A stretch of 64,000 nt of DNA from the NCBI GenBank assembly GCA_005879535.1, contig VBKI01000070.1, positions 18,173 to 82,172 of the forward strand, written 5' to 3'. The notes beneath the pieces were generated by a model. That model made no database searches and had not been told where the DNA came from. It saw only the letters and a list, made by a program, of their open reading frames with translations. Below, one piece after another: positions 49,162-60,552 of this stretch. Within the stretch, counting starts at the first letter, position 1, and each line of letters begins with the position of its first letter. Source of the DNA: Deltaproteobacteria bacterium (lineage in GTDB: Bacteria; Myxococcota; Myxococcia; Myxococcales; 40CM-4-68-19). Position numbers and translations under genes: made by a program.

Positions 49162-49216
49162 CCTGCGCCGTCCCGGCGGTGGGGAATTTAGGTTCCGGTT
49201 CCCCCGGGGGGACGGG

Positions 49217-50065
49217 ATGTCTGGGGCGGCGACGTGGGGGGCGGGAATCTCGGCTCCCGAAATCCGGGGGAGGGGGCCGGCTGGCCGTGCGCGTCGAGCC
49301 GCGGCCAGCCGGCGCCGTTCGCTGGCACTGCTCCTGGTCTTCGTCTGCGGCGCGAGCGCCGCGGGCGCCGCGCTGGGGCTGCTGAAGCAGCCCGACCCCG
49401 GCGACCAGGCGGCGAATTTCGCGTTCACCACGGCGGCGGCGCTGGAGACCGCGAGGCGGGCGGACGAGCGCGCGCGTCGGTCTGAGGCGGAGCTTGCCGC
49501 CGCCAGATCGCGGATCGAAGCGCTCTCCGCGGGCGAGCAGGAACTTTCCGACTTCCGGGAAGCCGAGCGCATCGGCGTCTCGCGCTGGATGAAGGACTCC
49601 ACCGCGCTCTGGGGCGACGAGCGCCGCCGGGTGATGGCGGCGATCATCCGCGAGTCGCGGCGGAACGGCCTCGATCCGGCGTTGGTTGCGGCGGTGATCC
49701 AGGTCGAGTCGCATTTCGACCCGGTCGCCGTATCCACGGTGGGCGCGCGGGGGCTCATGCAGCTGATGCCGCCGACGGCGCAGTGGCTGCTGCAGCGGGA
49801 TCCCTCGCCGCCGAAAATCCGCCCCACCCAGCTCTTCAATCCCGTTCTGAACATCGAGCTGGGAACCAGCTACCTCGCGCAACTGATGGGCCGGTTCGAC
49901 GGCGACCTCACCCGCGCCTTGATCGCGTACAACGCCGGGCCCGCCACCGCCCGCGCGCTGCAGCGCGGAAGCAAATCATGGCACCGCCTGCACGCCTATC
50001 CCAGGAACGTCCTTGCCACCTACAAGGCGCTCCTCACCGCTCCGCAGCAGGTCGCCGCCCGCTAG
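49217..50065 (+). CDS. lytic transglycosylase (SLT domain) with N-terminal membrane anchor
   Basis: ATG at 49217. TM segment LALLLVFVCGASAAGAALGLL. SLT motifs VIQVESHFDP, GARGLMQLMP, AYNAG. Confidence 0.85.
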   Translation: MSGAATWGAGISAPEIRGRGPAGRARRAAASRRRSLALLLVFVCGASAAGAALGLLKQPDPGDQAANFAFTTAAALETARRADERARRSEAELAAARSRIEALSAGEQELSDFREAERIGVSRWMKDSTALWGDERRRVMAAIIRESRRNGLDPALVAAVIQVESHFDPVAVSTVGARGLMQLMPPTAQWLLQRDPSPPKIRPTQLFNPVLNIELGTSYLAQLMGRFDGDLTRALIAYNAGPATARALQRGSKSWHRLHAYPRNVLATYKALLTAPQQVAAR

Positions 50066-50122
50066 GCCGAGGCTCGGCGATAATGCGTCCTGTGTCCAAC
50101 GTAGCCTCGACAGGAGGCTTAC

Positions 50123-50332
50123 ATGGACAAGAAGAACCTCGAAGGCGAATTGGATAAGGCCAAGGGCAAGATCAAGGAGACCGTCGGCGTCGCGACGGGC
50201 GACCGCGAGCTCGAGGGCGAAGGCAAGCTCGACAACCTGAAGGGCAAGGTCAAGGACGTCGCCGGCAACATCCGCGAAGGCATCAAGGAGAAGTTGGACG
50301 ACCTGGATCGCCCGAAAACCGACGAGAAGTAG
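50123..50332 (+). CDS. CsbD-family general stress protein
   Basis: 69 aa. GKIKETVG...GDRELEGEGKLDNLKGKVKD is a classic CsbD pattern. AGGAGG RBS. Confidence 0.85.
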   Translation: MDKKNLEGELDKAKGKIKETVGVATGDRELEGEGKLDNLKGKVKDVAGNIREGIKEKLDDLDRPKTDEK

Positions 50333-50342
50333 CCCGAAATCA

Positions 50343-50996
50343 TCAGGCCGCTGGCGGAAAGACGAGCCAGAGGCCACCCTCGCGTTCCTCGACCCGACCG
50401 CCGTAGAAGCCGAGGATGCGGGAAGCCAGCGCAAAGCCGAGGACGGCCCCGGTGGGATCCCCGCTGGGCCGGTCTTCGGGCTCCGGCGGAACGAGCGGGA
50501 TAGGCGCGCTCTCCGCGCGAATGTGCAGCGCGGGATTCGCTCCGTCCGCTCGCGCCGCGACCGACAGGCGGGGACCCAGCGAGCCTCGCGCCATGTGCTC
50601 CAGCGACGCTCGCACGGCGCGGCGGAGCATGTCGCTGTCTCCGGTGGTGCATGCGTTGCCCAGCTCGAGGACCCAGCCGTCCGTGGAAATTCCATCCTTC
50701 TCCGCCAGCGTGTGCAGGGCGGGCTCGACCAGGTCCTTGAGAGCGATCTTTTCCTGCTTCAAGTCGTAGCCGTGCTCGAGGAGGCGCTCGATGGTGAAGA
50801 AATCTTCAATGAGACGGCGCATGCGCCGCAGCGCCCGGAGCGAAACGTCGATCATCTTTTCCGCGCGCTCGCCGCCGCGATCGGCGGCGTCCATCCGCTT
50901 GAGCAGGTCGCAGGACCAGAGCGCCGTCGCGAGCGGGTTCTTGATTTCATGTGCGACGAACCCGAGGTACTTCCCGCGCTTTCCCGGCGGCGGCAT
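50343..50996 (-). CDS. sensor-less histidine kinase core with degenerate ATP-binding domain
   Basis: 217 aa. H-box FVAHEIKNPL directly at the N-terminus. The C-terminal half lacks clear N/G1/G2 boxes. Confidence 0.75.
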   Translation of the reverse strand: MPPPGKRGKYLGFVAHEIKNPLATALWSCDLLKRMDAADRGGERAEKMIDVSLRALRRMRRLIEDFFTIERLLEHGYDLKQEKIALKDLVEPALHTLAEKDGISTDGWVLELGNACTTGDSDMLRRAVRASLEHMARGSLGPRLSVAARADGANPALHIRAESAPIPLVPPEPEDRPSGDPTGAVLGFALASRILGFYGGRVEEREGGLWLVFPPAA

Positions 50997-51154
50997 CGGC
51001 CGAACCTAAGCGCCGGCACAAGAGTGCGCAAGCGGACGGCTGCTCAAGAGTTACAGGTCATGCAGCCGAGCGGGCATGGAGATCTTACAGGAAGCGGCTA
51101 CGTACATTCCACATCGTGGTGTCAAGTCCCTGTGAACCGCGGGCGTGCCTGACG

Positions 51155-51170
51155 TGGCATCCCGCTTGCT
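51155..51170 (+). promoter_or_regulatory. near-consensus sigma-54 (-24/-12) promoter upstream of the rpoH-like gene
   Basis: TGGCAT-cccgc-TTGCT, versus TGGCAC-N5-TTGCW (one mismatch). Lies 43 nt upstream of ATG 51213. Direct repeats TTACAGG at 51051-51057 and 51085-51091 could be part of an upstream activator site. Confidence 0.55.
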
Positions 51171-51212
51171 CATGGCAACCGGAGTCGTCGTTCCCAGCCC
51201 GGAGGAACCCGC

Positions 51213-52121
51213 ATGCAACCGTCCGCCCTTCCGTCGAGCACTGGCTCGCTCGCCATGTACCTGGCGGAAATCAACAAGTACCCGCTGCTCACGGTCGATG
51301 AAGAGCAGCGTCTCGCCAGGCTCTATGCGCGAAGCGGCGATCTGGACGCGGCCCACAAGCTGGTCACCTCGAACCTGCGCTTCGTGGTCAAGGTCGCGTA
51401 CGAATACCGCAGCTACGGCATCAAGATGGCCGACCTGATCCAGGAAGGAAACATCGGCCTGATGAAGGCGGTGCAGAAGTTCGACGCCGACAAGGGCATC
51501 CGCCTGATCTCCTACGCGGTGTGGTGGATCCGCGCCTTCATCCAGAACTACATCCTCAAGAGCTGGAGCCTGGTGAAGCTCGGGACCACGCAGGCGCAGC
51601 GGAAGCTGTTCTTCTCCCTGGCGCGCACGCGGCGCGAGCTGGAGAAGTTCGACGGCGTCACCGGCGACATGCAGAAGGCCAGCGAGGGCGCCATCGCCAA
51701 GAAGCTGAGGGTGAAGCCCGGCGAAGTCCTGGAGATGCAGCAGCGCATGGAAGGCCGTGACCTTTCGCTGGACGCGCCCATGGGCGAGGACGGCGGCTCC
51801 TCGCACGTCGACTTCGTCATGGACGGCGCCGACCTCCCCGACGCGGAGATCGCCGAGCAGGAAGAGCGCCACATCGTGCAGGAACGGGTGCTCGAGGCGC
51901 TGGGTCGGCTCGATCCGCGCGAGCGCTACATCATCGAGCAGCGGATCATGAACGACAAGCCGATGACCCTGAAGGAGCTCGGCGAACACTTCGGCTTCTC
52001 CCGCGAGCGCGCGCGGCAGCTGGAGATCAGGGCCAAGGCAAAGCTGGAGGCGGAGCTCGGCGAGTTGATGGACGAGCTGTTCCCGGACGAGGAGCGCGTC
52101 CCGGTCGCCGAGACGGCCTGA
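51213..52121 (+). CDS. rpoH: RpoH-like (sigma-32 family) RNA polymerase sigma factor
   Basis: 302 aa. Regions 2-4 are present. RpoH-box-like [38 protein letters not shown]. Confidence 0.88.
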   Translation: MQPSALPSSTGSLAMYLAEINKYPLLTVDEEQRLARLYARSGDLDAAHKLVTSNLRFVVKVAYEYRSYGIKMADLIQEGNIGLMKAVQKFDADKGIRLISYAVWWIRAFIQNYILKSWSLVKLGTTQAQRKLFFSLARTRRELEKFDGVTGDMQKASEGAIAKKLRVKPGEVLEMQQRMEGRDLSLDAPMGEDGGSSHVDFVMDGADLPDAEIAEQEERHIVQERVLEALGRLDPRERYIIEQRIMNDKPMTLKELGEHFGFSRERARQLEIRAKAKLEAELGELMDELFPDEERVPVAETA

Positions 52122-52142
52122 TCAGATTCACAGCGCGAACGA

Positions 52143-52166
52143 GGGCCGCCGCCATGGCGGCCCTTT
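52143..52166 (+). terminator. candidate terminator after the rpoH-like gene
   Basis: gggccgcc (52143-52150) pairs with ggcggccc (52156-52163), followed by TTT. The short T tract makes it weak. Confidence 0.4.
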
Positions 52167-52197
52167 GCGCTTCGGGGCGGGATGGTACGCTCCGGCG

Positions 52198-53373
52198 ATG
52201 CGTCGGGTCGCCGGCCTGCCCGCGGTCTACTGGTGGCTGTGGATCGGGTACCTGCTTTCGTCTCTCGGCACCTTCGTCTTCCCGTTCCTCGCGCTGTACC
52301 TCTCTTCGCGCGGCATCGACGCCCGGCAGACCGGCCTGGTCCTCTCACTGCTCGGCGTGGGCGCCGTGCTCGCTGGGCCCATCGGCGGGCAGCTCGCCGA
52401 CCATGCGGGACGCAAGCCGGCCCTGCTCCTCGCCCTCGCCTTCTCCGCGGTCTCTGCGCTCTACCTCGGTTTCGTAAGGTCGCCTCTGGCCATCGCGCCG
52501 GGAGTCCTATCCTTCGGCCTCGGCGTCTCGATGGCGCGCCCCGCCATGCAGGCCATCGTCGCGGACGTGCTGCCGCCGGAGCTGCTTGGGCGCGCGTATG
52601 CGCTTCTGTATTGGGCGGCGAACGTCGGCATCGCCGTCTCCGCATGGATCGGCGGCGTACTTGCCGGACGGACCTGGCTCGGCCTCTTCGCGGGCGACGC
52701 GATCACCACGGTGCTGTTCGCGGCGCTCGTCGTGTTCCGGGTGCCGGAATCGCGTCCCACCCCGGCCTCCGAAGCGCGGGCCGTCGGTTGGAGCACGCTC
52801 GCGGGCGATCGGCCGTTTCTCGCCTTCCTCGCCACCCACTTCGCCTTCATGATCGTGTTCTGGCAATTCCAGTTCGCGCTTCCGCTCGCCGTGGTGCGCA
52901 GCGGCTTCGGGACGGAGGAGTACGGGCGCATGATGGCGCTGAACTGCGCGGCCGTGTTCGTCACGCAGCCCTTCACCGCGCGTTGGTTGCGCGCGATCGA
53001 CCGCGGCGTGCTGCTGGCGATTGCCTCGGTGTGGGTCGGCCTGGGATTCGGCGCGTACGCGCTCAGCTCCACCATGCCGCAGTACTACGCGGCCACGCTG
53101 ATCTGGACGATCGGCGACGTCGTTGGACTGCCGCTGGTGAGCGCGGTCGTGGCCTCGATGAGCCCGGTGGCCCTCCGCGGGCGATACCAGGGCGCGCAGA
53201 TGCTCGCGCAGGCGCTGGCCATGGTGGCAGCTCCGCTCGTCGCCGGCGCCGTGGTCGACGCGTGGGGACTGCGCGCGCTCTGGGCGGGGTGCGTCGTCGT
53301 GTGCTTTGTGGCGGGCGTCGCGCACGCCGTGCTGGGAGCGGCACGCCGGAGGCGCGCGGCGCTCGCCGCCTGA
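52198..53373 (+). CDS. MFS transporter
   Basis: ATG at 52198 (the tracked ORF starts at TTG 52165). About 12 hydrophobic helices. The GxLADxxGRK motif between TM2 and TM3 (GGQLADHAGRKP). Confidence 0.85.
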   Translation: MRRVAGLPAVYWWLWIGYLLSSLGTFVFPFLALYLSSRGIDARQTGLVLSLLGVGAVLAGPIGGQLADHAGRKPALLLALAFSAVSALYLGFVRSPLAIAPGVLSFGLGVSMARPAMQAIVADVLPPELLGRAYALLYWAANVGIAVSAWIGGVLAGRTWLGLFAGDAITTVLFAALVVFRVPESRPTPASEARAVGWSTLAGDRPFLAFLATHFAFMIVFWQFQFALPLAVVRSGFGTEEYGRMMALNCAAVFVTQPFTARWLRAIDRGVLLAIASVWVGLGFGAYALSSTMPQYYAATLIWTIGDVVGLPLVSAVVASMSPVALRGRYQGAQMLAQALAMVAAPLVAGAVVDAWGLRALWAGCVVVCFVAGVAHAVLGAARRRRAALAA

Positions 53374-53376
53374 CGA

Positions 53377-55663
<2,287 letters not shown>

Positions 55664-55850
55664 GTGTTTTCCTGAGGACGGCCTGATCCGTCCGGCGGCG
55701 CCCAATCTTCCCGGTGCGAGCCCCGTAGGCAACCCCCGGCCACATTCGATGCCAGGCGTTTGTCATCCGGTGCTCATGCGGGGCTCGACATCCCCGGCGC
55801 TCCGGCACCTCTGATGTGCTAGAAGCGCCCCTCCCAAGGAGGAGGTCAGC

Positions 55851-56693
55851 ATGGGTCTGCTCGAGGGCAAGATCGCGATCATCACCGGGTCGGGCGGCGG
55901 CATCGGCCGCGAGCACGCGCTGCTCTTCGCCCGCGAGGGCGCCAAGGTCGTGGTGAACGATCTCGGCAGCGATCGCCACGGCGGCGGCAAGGGTGCGGAG
56001 ATGGCGGACAAGGTGGTCGCCGAGATCAAGGGCAAGGGCGGAGACGCCGTAGCGAACTACGACAGCGTGGCCACGCGCGAAGGGGCTGACGGGCTCGTCT
56101 GGAGCGCGCTGAACAAGTTCGGCAGGCTCGACATCGTGGTGAACAACGCCGGGATCCTGCGCGACAAGACGCTCCTCAACATGAGCGAGCAGGACTTCGA
56201 CCTGGTGCTCGATGTGCACCTGCGCGGGACGTTCCTGGTCACGCAGGCGGCGGCGCGCGTGTTCAAGGTGCAGGGCAAGGGTGGGCGGATCGTGAACACG
56301 ACCTCGCTCTCCGGCCTGCTGGGCAACTTCGGTCAAGGGAACTACGCGTCGGCGAAGGGCGGGATCTATTCGCTCACGCGCACCGCATCGATGGAGTTCC
56401 AGCGGATGGGAGTCACCGTGAACGCGATCGCGCCCGTGGCGCTCACGCGGATGACGCAGGACCTCGCGATGTTCAAGGGCATGACGCCAGAACAGATCGG
56501 ACCGCAGTATGTCGCACCCGTGGCGGCGTTCCTCGCGAGCGACCTCGCGGCGGACATCACAGGCCTGATCGTGGGGGTGCAGGGGCCCAAGGTGTTCCTG
56601 TACAGGATGACGGAGACGGCGGGCGTCACGCGCGAGGGCGGCCCCTGGAGCCCGGCGGAGATCAAGGAGAGGTGGGCGGAGATCTCGCGGTAG
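55851..56693 (+). CDS. SDR family oxidoreductase (3-hydroxyacyl-CoA dehydrogenase / MFE-2 N-domain-like)
   Basis: 280 aa. TGSGGGIG, NNAGILRD, YASAKGG catalytic motif. Confidence 0.9.
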   Translation: MGLLEGKIAIITGSGGGIGREHALLFAREGAKVVVNDLGSDRHGGGKGAEMADKVVAEIKGKGGDAVANYDSVATREGADGLVWSALNKFGRLDIVVNNAGILRDKTLLNMSEQDFDLVLDVHLRGTFLVTQAAARVFKVQGKGGRIVNTTSLSGLLGNFGQGNYASAKGGIYSLTRTASMEFQRMGVTVNAIAPVALTRMTQDLAMFKGMTPEQIGPQYVAPVAAFLASDLAADITGLIVGVQGPKVFLYRMTETAGVTREGGPWSPAEIKERWAEISR

Positions 56694-56705
56694 CACCGAA
56701 GCGCA

Positions 56706-56733
56706 GCGAGGGTCTCCGGTTGGAGACCCTCGC
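56706..56733. terminator. perfect 12-bp stem hairpin between convergent genes (possible bidirectional terminator)
   Basis: gcgagggtctcc-ggtt-ggagaccctcgc. No flanking T tract. Confidence 0.5.
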
Positions 56734-56786
56734 TCAATCGCCCAGCCCCTACACCCGCTGGGCGGGCCCCGCCACCGCGGGGAAGC

Positions 56787-56966
56787 CTATGCCGGCACCG
56801 AGTAGTCGATGATGATCACTCCGCGCTCGGGCTGTTCGTCGTCCTCGTGGCGGTCGTTCTGGCGCTGGGGGGTCGGCTCCGGGATCGGCAGCTCGACGCG
56901 GGGCCGCTGGCTGTCATGCTCCCGCTCACGCTTCTTGATCTCTTCGATGATGAAAGCGTCGAGCAT
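56787..56966 (-). CDS. small acidic hypothetical protein
   Basis: ATG at 56966 gives MLDAFIIEEIKKREREHDSQRPRVELPIPE...ERGVIIIDYSVPA (59 aa). The tracked ORF extends to 57023. No family name recalled. Confidence 0.5.
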   Translation of the reverse strand: MLDAFIIEEIKKREREHDSQRPRVELPIPEPTPQRQNDRHEDDEQPERGVIIIDYSVPA

Positions 56967-57140
56967 TGGAGCACCTCCGGGGTCAACTACAGGATCGATG
57001 CAATCCTGGCACCATCGTTTCACCGCCCCCGCTTTCCGCCGCCCGTCCCCTTGCCTCCTGAGGGCCTGTCCGGCCTCCTTCTAGACTTGTAACAATCCAC
57101 CCTACCTCGGTCAACATACCCACTGTGGGTAACGCGCGCC

Positions 57141-57557
57141 TCAACGCGTTGTTTCACGGAGAGACTCCGCTCGGGTCTTGAAATTCGCGAGCATGTTGGG
57201 TAGGCCCCGCTCTGCGAGCGCCTTCTCGAGCGGGCCGGGAACCAGAGGGCCGAGATCGATCTCGATCGCGTACGTGGCGCGGGTGCCGCCGCGGTCCGTC
57301 GATTCCAGCGTCCATTCGATGCGCTCGAGAGACCGCGTGACGTGACGGAGCGTGAAATCGAACAATTTGAGCTTCACGTCGAGCCAGTACGTGACTTCGA
57401 CCGAATCGCCCAGGCCGCGGCCAACACGGACCGCTTTCACCTCGGGCACGAACTCCGGGTATCGGGCGTAGTCCTCCACCACGCGATGGAACGCGTCGGG
57501 CGTCACGTCGATCTCGATCGACCGGCTGACGCGAATCCTGTGCCCCCGCGAACCCAC
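57141..57557 (-). CDS. SRPBCC (START/polyketide cyclase-like) family protein, start uncertain
   Basis: Tail of ORF 57141..57860 downstream of the glpX stop. IEIDVTPDAFHRVVEDYARYPEFVPEV... is a typical SRPBCC N-terminus. Only GTG 57557 or TTG 57566 are available as starts. Confidence 0.65.
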   Translation of the reverse strand: MGSRGHRIRVSRSIEIDVTPDAFHRVVEDYARYPEFVPEVKAVRVGRGLGDSVEVTYWLDVKLKLFDFTLRHVTRSLERIEWTLESTDRGGTRATYAIEIDLGPLVPGPLEKALAERGLPNMLANFKTRAESLRETTR

Positions 57558-57639
57558 GATCGACAAAATATCCCCTGCGTCCAGTTTGACGCACCGCAGC
57601 CGTGGCTGCCATCGATTCGCGCCTCCGGTGCACCAGCGG

Positions 57640-58605
57640 CTATGCGTTGTAGTTCGGCTTGTGCTCGAAGGTGTGCCGCGACTGGATGTAGCGGATGGTG
57701 CGGCTCTTGGAGCGCATGACCACCGAGTGCGTCTCCGCTCCACCCTTGAAGAAACGGACGCCCTTGAGGAAGTCGCCGGAGGTGACGCCGGTCGCGGCGA
57801 AGACCACGTGTCCGCGCGCCATCTCTTCCAGCTCGAACACCTTCTTGACGTCCTTGACACCCATCTTCTGCGCGCGCTCGATCTCCTTGTCGTTGCGCGG
57901 CGCCAGGCGGCCCTGCATGTCGCCGCCCATGCAGCGGATGGCCGCCGCCGCGATCACGCCCTCCGGCGCGCCGCCGATCCCCATCAGGACATCGACGCCC
58001 GTCTCGGGAAAGCAGGTGGCGATGGCCGCGCTGACGTCGCCGTCGCCGATCAGCTTGATCCGGGCCCCGGTGGCACGGACTTCCGCGACCAGCTTCTCGT
58101 GCCGCGGCCGATTGAGGATGATCACCGTCAGGTCATCTACGTAGACACCCTTGCGGTCGGCGATGGCGCGCAGGTTCTGCGAGGGGCTCTTGTTCAAATC
58201 GATCGCTCCCTTCGCCGACGGCCCGACGGCGATCTTGTCCATGTACGTGTCGGGCGCGTTCAGCAGATTGCCCTTGTCCGACATGGCGATGACGCTGAGC
58301 GCGTTCGGTCCGCCGGTCGCGGTGATGGTGGTGCCCTCGAGCGGGTCGAGGGCGATGTCGACCTCCGGATCGGCGGAGTCGCCCTTTCCCACCTTCTCGC
58401 CGATGTACAGCATGGGAGCCTCGTCCCGCTCGCCCTCGCCGATCACGATGGTGCCTCGGATGTTGAGCTCGTTGAACGCCTTGCGCATCGCGTCCACGGC
58501 GGCCTGATCGGCGAGCTTCTCGTCGCCGCGGCCCATCACCCGAGCCGACGCCATCGCCGCGGCCTCCGTGAGGCGCACGGCCTCGAGCCCGATGTTCCTA
58601 TCCAT
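57640..58605 (-). CDS. glpX: class II fructose-1,6-bisphosphatase
   Basis: 321 aa. EAAAMASARVMGRGDEK, DIALDPLEGTT and GIGGAPEGV are GlpX hallmarks. Confidence 0.92.
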   Translation of the reverse strand: MDRNIGLEAVRLTEAAAMASARVMGRGDEKLADQAAVDAMRKAFNELNIRGTIVIGEGERDEAPMLYIGEKVGKGDSADPEVDIALDPLEGTTITATGGPNALSVIAMSDKGNLLNAPDTYMDKIAVGPSAKGAIDLNKSPSQNLRAIADRKGVYVDDLTVIILNRPRHEKLVAEVRATGARIKLIGDGDVSAAIATCFPETGVDVLMGIGGAPEGVIAAAAIRCMGGDMQGRLAPRNDKEIERAQKMGVKDVKKVFELEEMARGHVVFAATGVTSGDFLKGVRFFKGGAETHSVVMRSKSRTIRYIQSRHTFEHKPNYNA

Positions 58606-58999
58606 TCCTGTAGCCCTCCAGTTTCGACAGGAGCCAGTCCGGGGCGCGGGTCGGCTTCAGCTCCGGCCCCACGCAGACGTGGACGGTGTGTCCCAGCGTG
58701 ATCACGGCCTCATCCTGCTGGCGGTGCACCTTGTAGTCGAAGCGGATCTTCACCCTCGTGTGCGTCTCCGACAGGTGGATCTCGAGCACGTCGTCGTACT
58801 TCGCCGACTTCACGTACTGCACCGACGCCTCGAGGACCGGAAGGAGGATGCCGCGGCGCTCCACCTCGCCGTACGAGAGGCCGAGACCGCGGATGAAATG
58901 GCCGCGCGCTCCCTCGAAGAAGCGCAGGTAGTTGGCGTAGTAGACGACGCCCATCTGATCGGTGTCACCGTAGATGACGCGCACGCGGTAGGGTTCCAC
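58598..58999 (-). CDS. YbgC/4HBT-family acyl-CoA thioesterase
   Basis: GTG at 58999 gives (M)EPYRVRVIYGDTDQMGVVYYANYLRFFE, the hot-dog fold catalytic Asp context. 8-nt overlap with the glpX start. Confidence 0.8.
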   Translation of the reverse strand: MEPYRVRVIYGDTDQMGVVYYANYLRFFEGARGHFIRGLGLSYGEVERRGILLPVLEASVQYVKSAKYDDVLEIHLSETHTRVKIRFDYKVHRQQDEAVITLGHTVHVCVGPELKPTRAPDWLLSKLEGYRNG

Positions 59000-59012
59000 G
59001 TCGCGTCGTCTA

Positions 59013-59570
59013 TCACTGGCCGACGCGATACGCGACCAGCTGCAGCCGCGTTTGTTCCTGCTGCCGACCGTGCGCGTCGACGGTGCTGGTGACGAGCAGC
59101 ACCAGACCCACCTTCGGCGCGTAGGTCCATTCCGTGACGAACTTTCCCCCTTTCGCCAGCGGCTGCTCGTTGCGCACCAGCGCACATCGGGTGAAGGTCC
59201 CCGCCTCGGTGACGGTGCTCGCGTCCATGCTGACCACCTCGAACCGCTGAACCACCAGGTTCTCGACGGCGCTCCATTTCGCGCCGGTGGCGAGCGGCGT
59301 CCGAAGCAGGTAGCGGTCGGCGTCGCGGACACCGTCGCTCTCGTAGCGGAGACGCCCGCGGTGATCGTCGATGAACCAGGCGCCGTCGCGGCCGACGATC
59401 TGGATGGTCTCCCGCCGGTTGGATCCGTGGAAGGCGTAGGTCCAGGAGTTTCCGACGGCGAGCGGGTAATAGCGGGTGGCGTCCTCGCCGGATCCGGTAG
59501 ACGCCGGCGCTGCCTGCGGACCCGCCTTGCATGCGCAAAGAACGAGCGCGACCAGCGCGAGTTTTCTCAC
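59013..59570 (-). CDS. hypothetical lipoprotein
   Basis: 185 aa. MRKLALVALVLCAC lipobox. No family recognised. 4-nt overlap with the upstream gene. Confidence 0.65.
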   Translation of the reverse strand: MRKLALVALVLCACKAGPQAAPASTGSGEDATRYYPLAVGNSWTYAFHGSNRRETIQIVGRDGAWFIDDHRGRLRYESDGVRDADRYLLRTPLATGAKWSAVENLVVQRFEVVSMDASTVTEAGTFTRCALVRNEQPLAKGGKFVTEWTYAPKVGLVLLVTSTVDAHGRQQEQTRLQLVAYRVGQ

Positions 59571-60508
59571 GGGCGAGCCCGCCTGCGCTGCGAGAGCCGG
59601 GCGGCGTCCTCCTTCTTCCTCCGGACCAGGTCCTCGTAGGCGCCCCGCGCCGCCCGGCGCGTCTCCTCGTCGGACGCGCCGCTCTCCAGCGTGAAAAGGA
59701 AGGCCTCGGCCTCCGCGCCGCCGAGGCTGGCGATGGCGTACAGGATGGGACCGACGTCCTCGGCATGGCGGTGGCGCGTCATCTCGATGAGGGGCGTCAC
59801 CGCACGCCGGTCGCCGATCGCGATCAGGGCGCCGGCGGCCCGGCGAGCCACTTCCGGATTCGCGTCCTGTAGCCGGGCGATGAGCTGCGGCACCGCGGCG
59901 GGGCTCCGGCGGTCGGCGAGCACGCGAATGGCATAGTCGCGGACCCGCGCGTCGGCCGAGGAAAGATCCTTGAGCAGCGCGTCATCCGTCTTGCCCCGGG
60001 CGTCGAGCTGTGCCGCGAGACCGGTGACGGCGTCGCGCAGCGCCCCCTCCACCGCCGCGCTGAAGGCCGCGTGCCGGGCTCCCGGATCGAGGCTGTCGTC
60101 CGCGTTGGTGGGCACCCGGGCTCCACCCTCGGCCACCAACCGCTCGACGTCTCCTTGCGCTCCGGTCGACGTCATCTCCAACGTGACGGCCACGTCGGCG
60201 ACCTCGTGCTCGACGAAGGGCTTTGCGGGATCGTAAGCGGCGGGAGGAGCGAGCGTCCTCTGCGCCCGGTCGATGTCCAGCTGGATGCGCAGCGTCCCTC
60301 CGTCGCGGACGGCGAAGCGCCCGGTTCCCTCGAGCGCTGAGCGCAGCTGCTGGCGGAGCGTTTCCGAGGACTCGGCAATCTCCGGCTTCCCGGCAAGCGC
60401 CGCCTCGCTGATCGCCAGCGTGCCGATCGCGAGGGCGCGCCCCGACGACGACGGCTTGCAGGCAGTAGCCGCGATGGCGAGCGCAGCCAGGCTTTTCGCG
60501 CGATGCAT
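59567..60508 (-). CDS. HEAT-repeat lipoprotein
   Basis: ATG at 60508. Lipobox AIAATAC. C-terminal HEAT/PBS-lyase-like repeats (ARVRDYAIRVLADRRSPAAVPQLIARLQDANPEVARRAAGALIAIGDRRAV). Confidence 0.7.
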   Translation of the reverse strand: MHRAKSLAALAIAATACKPSSSGRALAIGTLAISEAALAGKPEIAESSETLRQQLRSALEGTGRFAVRDGGTLRIQLDIDRAQRTLAPPAAYDPAKPFVEHEVADVAVTLEMTSTGAQGDVERLVAEGGARVPTNADDSLDPGARHAAFSAAVEGALRDAVTGLAAQLDARGKTDDALLKDLSSADARVRDYAIRVLADRRSPAAVPQLIARLQDANPEVARRAAGALIAIGDRRAVTPLIEMTRHRHAEDVGPILYAIASLGGAEAEAFLFTLESGASDEETRRAARGAYEDLVRRKKEDAARLSQRRRARP

Positions 60509-60552
60509 CGGCCGGGTCTCCGCTCCGATGCTAAGGGCGCGCGCCCTCGCGG

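Noticed and set aside
57006-57021. TGGCAC-catcg-TTTCA sigma-54-like motif, and similar TGGCAC hits inside genes (for example near 5130, 16580, 20380 and 22340)
   Set aside because: The -12 GC is missing or mis-spaced, or the hits are intragenic, and no plus-strand gene lies downstream. They are most likely chance occurrences.
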